From positions 322,028,001-322,092,000 of the forward strand of contig OZ024741.1 of assembly GCA_964016885.1 (NCBI GenBank): 64,000 nt of DNA, read 5' to 3'. A model generated the notes under the pieces. The model saw only the letters and a list, made by a program, of their open reading frames with translations, was not told the DNA's origin and ran no database searches. The stretch comes from Eledone cirrhosa. Taxonomy: Eukaryota. How positions within the stretch are numbered: position 1 is the first letter of the stretch; each line of letters starts with the position of its first letter. This document shows positions 28,601 to 42,427 of this stretch, piece by piece. The translations under genes and the position numbers were made by a program.

Positions 28601-31600
28601 TCAATATACACTATGGTTGGGTATATTGCTATTTCATTTGATATATACACAATATACACTATAGTTGGGTATATTGGTATTTCATTTGATATACACACAA
28701 TATACACTAAGTTGAGTATACTGATATTTCATTTGATATATACACAATATACACTATAGTTGGGTATATTGCTATTTCATTTGATATATACACAATATAC
28801 ACTATAGTTGGGTATATTGCTATTTCATTTGATATATACACAATATACACTATAGTAGGGTATATTGCTATTTCATTTGATATACACACAATATATACTA
28901 TAGTAGGGTATATTGCTATTTCATTTGATATACACACAATATACACTATAGTAGGGTATATTGCTATTTCATTTGATATACACACAATATATACTATAGT
29001 AGGGTATATTGGTATTTCATTTGATATATACACAATATACACTATAGTAGGGTATATTGCTATTTCATTTGATATATACACAATATACACTATAGTTGGG
29101 TATATTGGTATTTCATTTGATATATACACAATATACACTATAGTAGGGTATATTGCTATTTCATTTGATATACACACAATATACACTGTAGTAGGGTATA
29201 TTGCTATTTCATTTGATATACACACAATATACACTATAGTAGGGTATATTGCTATTTCATTTGATATACACACAATATACACTATAGTAGGGTATATTGC
29301 TATTTCATTTGATATACACACAATATACACTATAGTAGGGTATATTGCTATTTCATTTGATATATATACAATATACACTATAGTAGGGTATATTGCTATT
29401 TCATTTGATATATACACAATATACACTATAGTAGGGTAGTAGGGTATATTGGTATTTCATTTGATATATACACAATATACACTATAGTAGGGTATATTGG
29501 TATTTCATTTGATATATACTCAATATACACTATAGATTGGGTATATTTCTATTTCATTTGATATACACTCAATATACACTATGGTTGGGTATATTGCTAT
29601 TTCATTTGATATATATACAATATACACTATAGTTGGGTATATTGCTATTTCATTTGATATATACACAATATACACTATAGTAGGGTATATTGGTATTTCA
29701 TTTGATATACAGACAATATACACTAAGTTGAGTATACTGATATTTCATTTGATATATACACAATATACACTATAGTCGGGTATATTGCTATTTCATTTGA
29801 TATATACACAATATACACTATAGTTGGGTATATTGCTATTTCATTTGATATATACACAATATACACTATAGTAGGGTATATTGCTATTTCATTTGATATA
29901 CACACAATATATACTATAGTTGGGTATATTGGTATTTCATTTGATATATACACAATATACACTATAGTAGGGTATATTGCTATTTCATTTGATATATACA
30001 CAATATACACTATAGTTGGGTATATTGGTATTTCATTTGATATATACACAATATACACTATAGTAGGGTATATTGCTATTTCATTTGATATACACACAAT
30101 ATACACTGTAGTAGGGTATATTGCTATTTCATTTGATATACACACAATATACACTATAGTAGGGTATATTGCTATTTCATTTGATATACACACAATATAC
30201 ACTATAGTAGGGTATATTGCTATTTCATTTGATATACACACAATATACACTATAGTAGGGTATATTGCTATTTCATTTGATATACACACAATATACACTA
30301 TAGTAGGGTATATTGCTATTTCATTTGATATACACACAATATACACTATCGATTGGTTATATTGCTATTTCATTTGATATATACACAATATACACTATAG
30401 TTGGGTATATTGCTATTTCATTTGATATATATACAATATACACTATAGTAGGGTATATTGCTATTTCATTTGATATATACACAATATACACTATAGTAGG
30501 GTATATTGCTATTTCATTTGATATACACACAATATACACTATCGATTGGTTATATTGCTATTTCATTTGATATATACACAATATACACTATAGTTGGGTA
30601 TATTGCTATTTCATTTGATATATATACAATATACACTATAGTAGGGTATATTGCTATTTCATTTGATATATACACAATATACACTATAGTAGGGTATATT
30701 GCTATTCCATTTGATATATATACAATATACACTATAGTAGGGTATATTGCTATTTCATTTGATATATACACAATATACACTATAGTAGGGTATATTGCTA
30801 TTTCATTTGATATATATACAATATACACTATAGTAGGGTATATTGCTATTTCATTTGATATATACACAATATACACTATAGTTGGGTATATTGCTATTTC
30901 ATTTGATATATATACAATATACACTATAGTAGGGTATATTGCTATTTCATTTGATATATACACAATATACACTATAGTTGGGTATATTGCTATTTCATTT
31001 GAGATATATACAATATACACTATAGTAGGGTATATTGCTATTTCATTTGATATATACACAATATACACTATAGTAGGGTATATTGCTATTTCATTTGATA
31101 TATATACAATATACACTATAGTAGGGTATATTGCTATTTCATTTGATATATACACAATATACACTATAGATTGGTTATATTGCTATTTCATTTGATATAT
31201 ACACAATATACACTATAGTAGGGTATATTGCTATTTCATTTGATATATACACAATATACACTATAGTTGGGTATATTGCTATTTCATTTGATATACACAC
31301 AATATACACTATAGTAGGGTATATTGCTATTTCATTTGATATATACACAATATACACTATAGTAGGGTATATTGCTAATTCATTTGATATACACACAATA
31401 TACACTATAGTAGGGTATATTGCTATTTCATTTGATATACACACAATATACACTATAGATTGGTTATATTGCTATTTCATTTGATATATATACAATATAC
31501 ACTATAGATTGGTTATATTGCTATTTCATTTGATATATACACAATATACACTATAGATTGGTTATATTGCTATTTCATTTGATATATACACAATATACAC

Positions 31601-34600
31601 TATAGTAGGGTATATTGGTATTTCATTTGATATATATACAATATACACTATAGTAGGGTATATTGGTATTTCATTTGATATATATACAATATACACTATA
31701 GTAGGGTATATTGATATTTCATTTGATATATACACAATATACACTATAGTAGGGTATATTGGTATTTCATTTGATATATACACAATATACACTATAGTAG
31801 GGTAGTAGGGTATATTGCTATTTCATTTGATATATACACAATATACACTATAGTAGGGTAGTAGGGTATATTGGTATTTCATTTGATATATACACAATAT
31901 ACACTATAGTAGGGTATATTGGTATTTCATTTGATATATACTCAATATACACTATAGATTGGGTATATTTCTATTTCATTTGATATACACTCAATATACA
32001 CTATGGTTGGGTATATTGCTATTTCATTTGATATATACACAATATACACTATAGTTGGGTATATTGGTATTTCATTTGATATACACACAATATACACTAA
32101 GTTGAGTATACTGATATTTCATTTGATATATACACAATATACACTATAGTTGGGTATATTGCTATTTCATTTGATATATACACAATATACACTATAGTTG
32201 GGTATATTGCTATTTCATTTGATATATACACAATATACACTATAGTAGGGTATATTGCTATTTCATTTGATATACACACAATATATACTATAGTAGGGTA
32301 TATTGCTATTTCATTTGATATACACACAATATACACTATAGTAGGGTATATTGCTATTTCATTTGATATACACACAATATATACTATAGTAGGGTATATT
32401 GGTATTTCATTTGATATATACACAATATACACTATAGTAGGGTATATTGCTATTTCATTTGATATATACACAATATACACTATAGTTGGGTATATTGGTA
32501 TTTCATTTGATATATACACAATATACACTATAGTAGGGTATATTGCTATTTCATTTGATATACACACAATATACACTGTAGTAGGGTATATTGCTATTTC
32601 ATTTGATATACACACAATATACACTATAGTAGGGTATATTGCTATTTCATTTGATATACACACAATATACACTATAGTAGGGTATATTGCTATTTCATTT
32701 GATATACACACAATATACACTATAGTAGGGTATATTGCTATTTCATTTGATATATATACAATATACACTATAGTAGGGTATATTGCTATTTCATTTGATA
32801 TATACACAATATACACTATAGTAGGGTAGTAGGGTATATTGGTATTTCATTTGATATATACACAATATACACTATAGTAGGGTATATTGGTATTTCATTT
32901 GATATATACTCAATATACACTATAGATTGGGTATATTTCTATTTCATTTGATATACACTCAATATACACTATGGTTGGGTATATTGCTATTTCATTTGAT
33001 ATATATACAATATACACTATAGTTGGGTATATTGCTATTTCATTTGATATATACACAATATACACTATAGTAGGGTATATTGGTATTTCATTTGATATAC
33101 AGACAATATACACTAAGTTGAGTATACTGATATTTCATTTGATATATACACAATATACACTATAGTCGGGTATATTGCTATTTCATTTGATATATACACA
33201 ATATACACTATAGTTGGGTATATTGGTATTTCATTTGATATATACACAATATACACTATAGTAGGGTATATTGCTATTTCATTTGATATACACACAATAT
33301 ATACTATAGTTGGGTATATTGGTATTTCATTTGATATATACACAATATACACTATAGTAGGGTATATTGCTATTTCATTTGATATATACACAATATACAC
33401 TATAGTTGGGTATATTGGTATTTCATTTGATATATACACAATATACACTATAGTAGGGTATATTGCTATTTCATTTGATATACACACAATATACACTGTA
33501 GTAGGGTATATTGCTATTTCATTTGATATACACACAATATACACTATAGTAGGGTATATTGCTATTTCATTTGATATACACACAATATACACTATAGTAG
33601 GGTATATTGCTATTTCATTTGATATACACACAATATACACTATAGTAGGGTATATTGCTATTTCATTTGATATACACACAATATACACTATAGTAGGGTA
33701 TATTGCTATTTCATTTGATATACACACAATATACACTATCGATTGGTTATATTGCTATTTCATTTGATATATACACAATATACACTATAGTTGGGTATAT
33801 TGCTATTTCATTTGATATATATACAATATACACTATAGTAGGGTATATTGCTATTTCATTTGATATATACACAATATACACTATAGTAGGGTATATTGCT
33901 ATTTCATTTGATATACACACAATATACACTATCGATTGGTTATATTGCTATTTCATTTGATATATACACAATATACACTATAGTTGGGTATATTGCTATT
34001 TCATTTGATATATATACAATATACACTATAGTAGGGTATATTGCTATTTCATTTGATATATACACAATATACACTATAGTAGGGTATATTGCTATTCCAT
34101 TTGATATATATACAATATACACTATAGTAGGGTATATTGCTATTTCATTTGATATATACACAATATACACTATAGTAGGGTATATTGCTATTTCATTTGA
34201 TATATATACAATATACACTATAGTAGGGTATATTGCTATTTCATTTGATATATACACAATATACACTATAGTTGGGTATATTGCTATTTCATTTGATATA
34301 TATACAATATACACTATAGTAGGGTATATTGCTATTTCATTTGATATATACACAATATACACTATAGTTGGGTATATTGCTATTTCATTTGAGATATATA
34401 CAATATACACTATAGTAGGGTATATTGCTATTTCATTTGATATATACACAATATACACTATAGTAGGGTATATTGCTATTTCATTTGATATATATACAAT
34501 ATACACTATAGTAGGGTATATTGCTATTTCATTTGATATATACACAATATACACTATAGTTGGGTATATTGCTATTTCATTTGATATATATACAATATAC

Positions 34601-35160
34601 ACTATAGTAGGGTATATTGCTATTTCATTTGATATATACACAATATACACTATAGTTGGGTATATTGCTATTTCATTTGAGATATATACAATATACACTA
34701 TAGTAGGGTATATTGCTATTTCATTTGATATATACACAATATACACTATAGTAGGGTATATTGCTATTTCATTTGATATATATACAATATACACTATAGT
34801 AGGGTATATTGCTATTTCATTTGATATATACACAATATACACTATAGTTGGGTATATTGCTATTTCATTTGATATATATACAATATACACTATAGTAGGG
34901 TATATTGCTATTTCATTTGATATATATACAATATACACTATAGTAGGGTATATTGCTATTTCATTTGATATATACACAATATACACTATAGTTGGGTACA
35001 TTGCTATTTCATTTGAGATATATACAATATACACTATAGTAGGGTATATTGCTATTTCATTTGATATATACACAATATACACTATAGTAGGGTATATTGC
35101 TATTTCATTTGATATATACACAATATACACTATAATTGGGTATATTGGTATTTCATTGGA
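18510..35160. repeat. 48-bp satellite array (~16.6 kb, interrupted by an RTE insertion)
   Basis: Unit ATACACTATAGTAGGGTATATTGCTATTTCATTTGATATATACACAAT; 49-bp (AGATTGG) and 55-bp (extra GTAGGGT) variants; degenerate monomers at both edges. Confidence 0.98.
18742..19690 (+). mobile_element. 5'-truncated RTE-clade LINE (RT C-terminus, 3' UTR, (GAT)n tail) inserted in the satellite
   Basis: ORF 18849-19286 [20 protein letters not shown]...[12 protein letters not shown]...GRPRKTW; satellite resumes after the tail; ACACT present at both junctions. Confidence 0.92.
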
Positions 35161-35164
35161 TATG

Positions 35165-35205
<41 letters not shown>

Positions 35206-35447
35206 AAGGTATATATTGAGTTAGGAACTCAAAATAGTCTCTTACAATAAAATAGCTCTTAGAAAGAGATATTTCCGAGCCGTATATTATAATAGAATAT
35301 AAAAGAAAAACGAACACAGACATACATATACATGTTTTCAAATCGGAGGGGACCTGATCCGCTAAGGTGAAAAGAATACTAACTATAGACAATAGGGTTC
35401 GCTTGTCTCAATTTAATAAAAATTAAGAAAATAAATACAAACCGGAA

Positions 35448-36046
35448 TATTTTGTTAGAGATGCCTACTGGCTGTAGTAGGTTTTACTATGTATTTAGGT
35501 AAGGCGGGTCTTCTCTGTTACTGAGTACCGCCAAAGGTCTCGGTCCAGTGACATTGTCTTGGAGAGGTGTACGTGTGTGAGGTCGGAGTTTATCAGCTCG
35601 TCCCAGGTTTTTCTGGGTCTGCCTATTCCGTGGCTACCGTCTATCTTTATTGCCCTGCACTTTGTTATACAGCTATCGACTTTCATGCGCATCACGTGTC
35701 CATACCAACGTAGCCTTCTCTCGAGTAAACAACATCTGATCCCTCTTATCTCTAATTTTTTCCTTAGTTCGTTTATGCTTTGCCGTTCACGTATATTACT
35801 GTTACACATCCAGCGGAGCATGCAAGCTTCGTTCCTCTCTAGTCTGCGTATATCCTCTGCACACAATGCCCAGGTCTCACTGCCATGCAACATTGCTGTT
35901 CGTATGCAGGCATCGTACAACCTGCCTTTCATTTTTAGGGAGAACCCTATAGCAGCTAATAGTGGTATAAGCTCTCTGAACTTTTTCCAACCAGTTCTGA
36001 CTCTAGCTACTGTACTTTCAGAACACCCTCCCCCACTGCTGATTTT
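35448..36046 (-). mobile_element. RTE-clade LINE fragment, inverted near-identical partner of 18742-19333
   Basis: The C-terminal part of ORF 35495-36250 matches ORF 18849-19286 almost residue for residue; the 3' tail is missing. Confidence 0.92.
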
Positions 36047-36082
36047 ATACACACATATATATATATGTATGTATATATATAT

Positions 36083-36120
<38 letters not shown>

Positions 36121-36252
36121 GTATGTATATATATACATATATATATACACACATATAAATATATATATATATACACATATGTATGTATGTATATATATAT
36201 ACACACACACACACACACATGTATGTATGTATGTATATATATATACACACAC

Positions 36253-36289
<37 letters not shown>

Positions 36290-36291
<2 letters not shown>

Positions 36292-36668
36292 AGGCACATG
36301 GCTTAGTGGTTAGAGCATTGGCCTTGCAATCGAAAGGTTGTGAGTTCAATTCTCAGACCAGGTGATGTGTTGTGTCCTTGAGCAAGACACTTTATTTCAC
36401 ATTGCTCCAGTTTACTCAGCTGTAGAAATGAGATGATAGGGACTGGGGTCCCTATCATTCCACTGCAAAGGGGTCGTGGAGGTGCCACGGTTGAAAAGCA
36501 CCCAGCCGACACTGCAAAGTGGACGTGTAGGCGCCACGGAAAAAAAGCACCCAGCACTCACTGTAAATGAGGTTGGTGTTAGGAAGGGAATCCAGCTGTA
36601 GAAATCAAACCAGAATCAGTTCCTGCAAGCAGGGAAAAGCGGACGTAAAATGATGATGATGATGATGA

Positions 36669-36670
<2 letters not shown>
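36290..36670 (+). mobile_element. tRNA-derived SINE, family A, full length
   Basis: Box A TGGCTTAGTGG, box B GAGTTCAATTC, GTGTCCTTGAGCAAGACAC, RTE-like tail, (GAT)n; embedded in (TA)n. Confidence 0.9.
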
Positions 36671-36699
<29 letters not shown>

Positions 36700-36706
<7 letters not shown>

Positions 36707-36800
36707 CACTTATTGGTATTTCATTTTATATATATCCATTGTATACACTACAGTTCGTCATATTGGTATTTCAATTGAAATATACACAATGTACACTTCT
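36700..36800. repeat. degenerate 48-bp satellite monomers
   Basis: ATTGGTATTTCATTTTATATAT..CAATGTACACT, same orientation as the main array. Confidence 0.75.
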
Positions 36801-37399
36801 CACATTGGATTCCTCCCCAATTTTTCCTTTGGCTAAAACTCTTGCCTTAGGATTTGAAATTCCTAACCTTGGAAAATTACTATGTCAAAGTGATTGAAAG
36901 TGTATTGATCCTGCCATCACAGAGTCAGCAATCTGCATAACTCCCCCTCCCTCTCTTCTGATGGAGAATCAGACAAAATTGAATAATTTAAGTTATGTTT
37001 TTTAAAAAATCACAAAATTGAAATTAAGAACAAAAAAAGAATATTTTTTCGCAAACAAAGATTCTTGCTTAAGGCCTTTTTATTTATAGACTAAAGAACC
37101 TAGCTGCTTTTAATATATAAATCATTGAAATATATGCAGATAATACTCTGAGAGAAGAATATTCTCAGTGAAAAGTATATGTGCATATATATATATATAT
37201 AGGCACACACACACAGACAGACACATATGTGTATGTGAGTGTATGTGTGTGTGCATATATATATACATAAATATACACACACAAATACACACATATATAT
37301 ACACACACACACATATATATATATAAATATAACCCATGCTAGCATGGAAAAATCAACGTAAAACGGTGATAATGATGATATATATATATATATAAGTTA

Positions 37400-37576
37400 T
37401 TCCGGGTTGAATCATAGTAAGGTACTCAATACATAGCAGAGTATAAAAGTTTTAATATAGAAGAGCTTCTACAGGACTAGAACTGTTTCATTTGTGAGAA
37501 ATCATCAGGGGCTCCCTGATGATTTCTCACAAATGAAACAGTTCTAGTCCTGTAGAAGCTCTTCTATATTAAAACT
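37400..37576. mobile_element. Penelope-like terminus with perfect 63-bp-arm palindrome (37448-37510 / 37514-37576)
   Basis: Arms match exactly by eye, loop GCT; each arm carries CTGATGA...GAAAC-AGTTCTA-GTC. Confidence 0.8.
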
Positions 37577-37639
37577 ATATATATATATATATATATACAC
37601 ATACATACATATATATATATATACACATATATATAGAGA

Positions 37640-38495
37640 GAGGTAGTTCCACAACAAATTACCAAACCATACTCGAGGAACCGCATTTCACCTAATGGGT
37701 TTTCTACCAGTGTATGGCTGTGCTGAGAATGGAAGTGTATATGAGCTGACTGGATTCTACACAATGGATGGCGGTAATATTTGTTGATAAGGGAGACAAC
37801 GAAAGTTAGACTGATGCAGGGAGACTATTTTCGTTCATTCTGGGTAAGATTTATCCCAGATCTTTGTAGTTCCATAACAGGTACTTCACAGCATAGAGGC
37901 AGCGCATAAAAAAATGGCTCTTGTGTTAAGCCAATTACTATTATGTAATCTCGCCAAGATATCTACTTTTTCATTGATACACAGCCCACCGGACAAATCC
38001 CCATTTCCGTATGGCCTGGATTTGACCAGAACCTTCCATTGAATGGAGTAATTCCTGTCTGCATCTTTGAGTGACTATATGTGGCTTGCTAGCTTCGTGG
38101 AGGGTAGCTTATCAGAGTGGCTAAAGGTCGTCTGATGGTTAAGGAAGCGTTCTTTAAACTGGCCCTCCGTCATGCCTACATATATTTTGTTTGTTGGTTT
38201 GGTCGAGTGGATATAACTTCAGCCTCATAGGCTGCTGCAGGTATGTTACACTGTTGTTGAAGAGGGCATATTTTTGGCCTTTTCCAAGAGCATCCGAATG
38301 AGGGAGTGCTGTTGGGGTTAGTGGTGATGTGGGCTTTCATATTTTTAGCATAGGAATACCCAAGTTTCACCCTGTGTCTATGGAAGATAGGTTTGTATTT
38401 CTGTCCTATGGGAAAGTGTTTGTCTAGGAGTGCCAAGAATTTCCTACCTACATTGGTTCTTACACTGAGCGAGAAGGATGGGCAGAACCAAATTA
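37640..38495 (-). pseudogene. Penelope-like element C-terminal region with GIY-YIG endonuclease, decayed
   Basis: [42 protein letters not shown], then after a frameshift IYVGMTEGQFKERFLNHQTTF..TKLASHI*SLK..IQWKVL..LCINEK; degenerate hammerhead (CCATAC..GAAA..GTATGG) near 37670-37720. Confidence 0.85.
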
Positions 38496-38644
38496 TATAT
38501 ATACATATATTTATATACATATATATTTACATATATATACATATACAAATATATATAAATATATATGTATATATATCTGTATCTATATAAATGTATGTAT
38601 ATATCTATATCTCTGTCAAAAATATATATATATATATATATATA

Positions 38645-39875
38645 AAGATCAAAGTTCTAGTAAGTAGTAAGGGAAACAAGGCCTTAATCGCTTCTGAGGA
38701 ATGGCCCAGCACAGTATGTAGAAATTCCATCCTCTGTTCCAAGTGTATGCTGTGGATATACAAGGGATGTAGTGGGATTTCAGGTAGATTATGAAGGTAG
38801 ATTATGAAGGTAGATTTCAGGTAGATTAAGAATGTATGTTTTACTTGTGGCTGTTGCACAGGAGAGGAAGTAACAAACACTCACAGGAAATAAGTGCTAA
38901 CAAATTCTTGGAAGGTTCCATAGAAGCAGTTGACAACTTCTGTTACCTGGGTGACAAAAGTAGCAGTGGAGATGTGTGTGCTGAAAGTACAGTAGGCAGA
39001 GTGAGAATAGGGTGGAAAAAGTTCAGGGAGCTACTACTGTGGTTAGTTACGAAAGGATTTTCCCTCAAAATGAAGGGCAGATTGTATGATGCATGTATAC
39101 AAACAGCAATGTTGCATGATAGTGAGACCTGGGCGTTGTGTGCAGAGGATTTCTGAAGATTGGAAGGAAATGAAGCTGGCATGCTTCGATGGGTGTGTGA
39201 TAGTAATATACATGAACAGCAAAGCATAAATGAGCTGAGAGAGAAATTGGGCAAAAGAAGGATCAGATGCCATGTGCAGGAAAGGAGATTGCATTGGTAT
39301 GGACATGTGATGCATAGGAAGGAGGTTAGCTGTATAAAAAGATGCAGAGTGCTCAAAGTTGATGGGAACTATGGAAAAGACCTAGGAAGACTTGGGATGA
39401 GGTTATAAAAGTGTACCTTGCACAATTACACCTTTTTTTTTGGGGGGGGGGGGGATGACACATGATTGAGATCTCTGGCGTTATGCAGCAATACAGAAAA
39501 CTTGCCATCCCATGTGCACAGGTTGAAGCATGCATTCACTACTTTCCCTTACCTCCCCTTTGTATACACCCCCACCAATCATCAAGACCCTCTCATTAGA
39601 TCTACCTCTCTAATCCCTATACACCTCTCCCACTCCGTCCCCCAATCCACACTATAAAGTGGTCATATAGGTGTCACAATAAAACACTGTAAATATGGTT
39701 GGCATTGAGAGGGCATCCAACTGTAGAAACCCAGCCCAAATCAGTTCTGTATGGGCAAGACACGGTCACCGATCTCACAATGGGACAACTTGTCTAACCC
39801 ATGCTAGCATAGAAAAATGGACGTTAAACGATGATGATGAAGATGATGAGGATGATGAGGAGAATGATGATGATA
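38645..39875 (+). pseudogene. older RTE-clade LINE 3' portion
   Basis: NSILCSKCMLWIYKGCSG (Cys motif); [45 protein letters not shown]; RRLHWYGHV; has stops and frameshifts; tail module and (GAT)n. Confidence 0.9.
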
Positions 39876-40337
39876 CCCTCCACATAAATTTGTGTCTGTG
39901 ACAAACTTAGTCCAGTCCTGATTAGAATAATTTTAGAATCTTGAATGGAGAGAACAAAAAAAAAAAAAATGAACCTTAACAAAAACCAAAATAAAATAAA
40001 AATAAACCCAAAAATAAGTAAACTTACAAAAACCACTGTTATATCTATTGCTGAAGAATCTCAATAGAACACACACATGTATAATTTATTCACTCATACA
40101 CATGCTCACATACATACACATAAACACACACTTTAATCTGTATAATTTATGTACACACATGCATACACTCATATGCATGCCCATACACATATTTTCATCT
40201 GTATAATTTCTACACATACACACACAAATATATCCATATATGCAAATTTATTATTCAGACACACACACACACACACGTAAACATATACACACCTACACAT
40301 ACACAAATACATATATATATTCACAAACACATATATA

Positions 40338-40610
40338 CATATCTTGGTTTGTATAATTTACACACTCACACACACCTCAATCTGTATAATATATATGCAT
40401 ACAAGGATACATGCAAACATATATATACATCTATATATCCAAATCTATTATTCACAAGCAGACACACACACACACAAACACACATATATATATTTACACA
40501 TCTTGGTTTGTATAATTTACACACCCACACACACCTCAATCTGTATAATATATACACATACAAGGCCACATGCAAACATATATATAGACATCTATATATC
40601 CAAATCCACA
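40338..40610. repeat. 159-bp tandem duplication
   Basis: TCTTGGTTTGTATAATTTACAC starts at 40342 and 40501 with matching continuations. Confidence 0.85.
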
Positions 40611-40949
40611 TGCTGACACACACATATATGTATGCATATTGATATACATGTATATATATTGATATACATGTTTATATATTGATATACATGTATATATATT
40701 GATATACATGTTTATATCAATATGGTAATTTATATTCATGTTTATACGTCAACATTAATGGATGATATGAAGAAGAGATGGAGCTTATCTTGTTTTAGGA
40801 CAAAGTGATTGACATCTCTCACTCTGTGTGTGTGTATATATATAAATATATCCTCATCATCATCATCGTTTAATGTCCATCTTGCACGCTAGCATACATA
40901 TCTATCTATCTCTCTATATACATATACACACATCTATATATATCTATAC

Positions 40950-41240
40950 AAACAATACAGCACAATGATTTCACCTCAATTGGCTCTGCTCTCTTCAATA
41001 TTACACCAACACACATTAAAACAGAAACAGACCCCATAAAGTTCAAGAAGTCTTTGGACAAATTCCTTCAAGAAATCCCAGATAAACCGCTTTCACCCAG
41101 ATATGTCTCCATAAACAATACCTCTCTAATTGAGTGGGCCATGGTGCCCAAACACTGATTTGAAAGACTTCACCAGGTGGTGCTATTAAGTTAGACATGG
41201 CCTGAGCCAATACTGGCCGAAACCTATCAAAGTTATCTAT
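40950..41240 (+). mobile_element. CR1-group LINE 3' end
   Basis: My translation from 40961: HNDFTSIGSALFNITPTHIKTETDPIKFKKSLDKFLQEIPDKPLSPRYVSINNTSLIEWA, matching the LFN..P..FK..LD.FL..IPD.P terminal motif. Confidence 0.75.
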
Positions 41241-41326
41241 ATGTACATATATATACATATCTATACACACACGTCTAAACCCATGCTAGCATGGAAGATA
41301 GACGTTAAACGTTGATGATGATGATG

Positions 41327-41359
<33 letters not shown>

Positions 41360-42069
41360 CATATATATACACACATACATATACACATATATACATACGC
41401 ACACACATACATATACACATATATACATACACACACACATATATATACATACACACACACATATATACATACATATACACACACACGTATATATACATAC
41501 ATATACACACACATACACATATACACACACATACATACACACACACACACATACATATACACACATCATCATCATCTTCGTTTATGGGTTAGAAATATAT
41601 ACATGGGTTAGAAATATATACATATATATATATTTACATATACATACGCACACACACATATATACACACACACACTATATATATATATATATATATATAC
41701 ATAGATGCACTTCCCACCACAACACCACTACCACAAAATATTGAATAAGAACACTGTGTATGATGCTGTCATACTCGTCAATGCCAAAATATCCCATTGA
41801 ACATGGGCACATCCAATTGGTCAAACCTCGACAGGCACAGACTCACACGTCTGATCAACTGAACCCCAGCATCAAACTGTAACTTCTGCAACTGATATGA
41901 GTGCCCAATGGATTCCCAATGTGTCACTAGGAACATTGCATACAAGTACAGTGACAACTTAAAGGCAGAAGGTGTATATTAGTATGACAGCAAACAGCTA
42001 CAAATCCTGCTTCATGTAGCATAGCTATTTTTTCTGAAACCAAGAAAGAAAGAAAGAAAGAAAACAAAC

Positions 42070-42282
<213 letters not shown>

Positions 42283-42285
42283 TGA

Positions 42286-42427
42286 ATCCCAGGTTCAATC
42301 GAGGGTAACCACAATAAGTAAGGTACTCAATACATAGCAGAGTATAAATATTTAATATAGAAATGGCTTCTACAGGACTAGGACTGTTTCATTCAAAGGA
42401 AGTTCTAGTCCTGTAGAAGCCATTTCT

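Noticed and set aside
18510-35160. CRISPR-like array (also considered for the 61-bp and 95-bp arrays)
   Set aside because: There are no unique spacers and no cas genes, and the context is eukaryotic
19889-35224. Repeat proteins (IVYIVYISNEIAIYPT)n on the minus strand and (TIVGYIAISFDIYTIY)n on the plus strand, up to 639 aa
   Set aside because: These follow from a 48-bp unit divisible by three; frames are freely broken by 49- and 55-bp variants and there are no flanking gene signals
35205-35447. Additional Penelope-like terminus at the right edge of the satellite
   Set aside because: It is T-rich on the minus strand, but there is no clear CUGANGA box and no second copy in the window
36290-36365. 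tRNA gene
   Set aside because: The box A/B head continues into a SINE body and tail in three copies, with no proper acceptor stem
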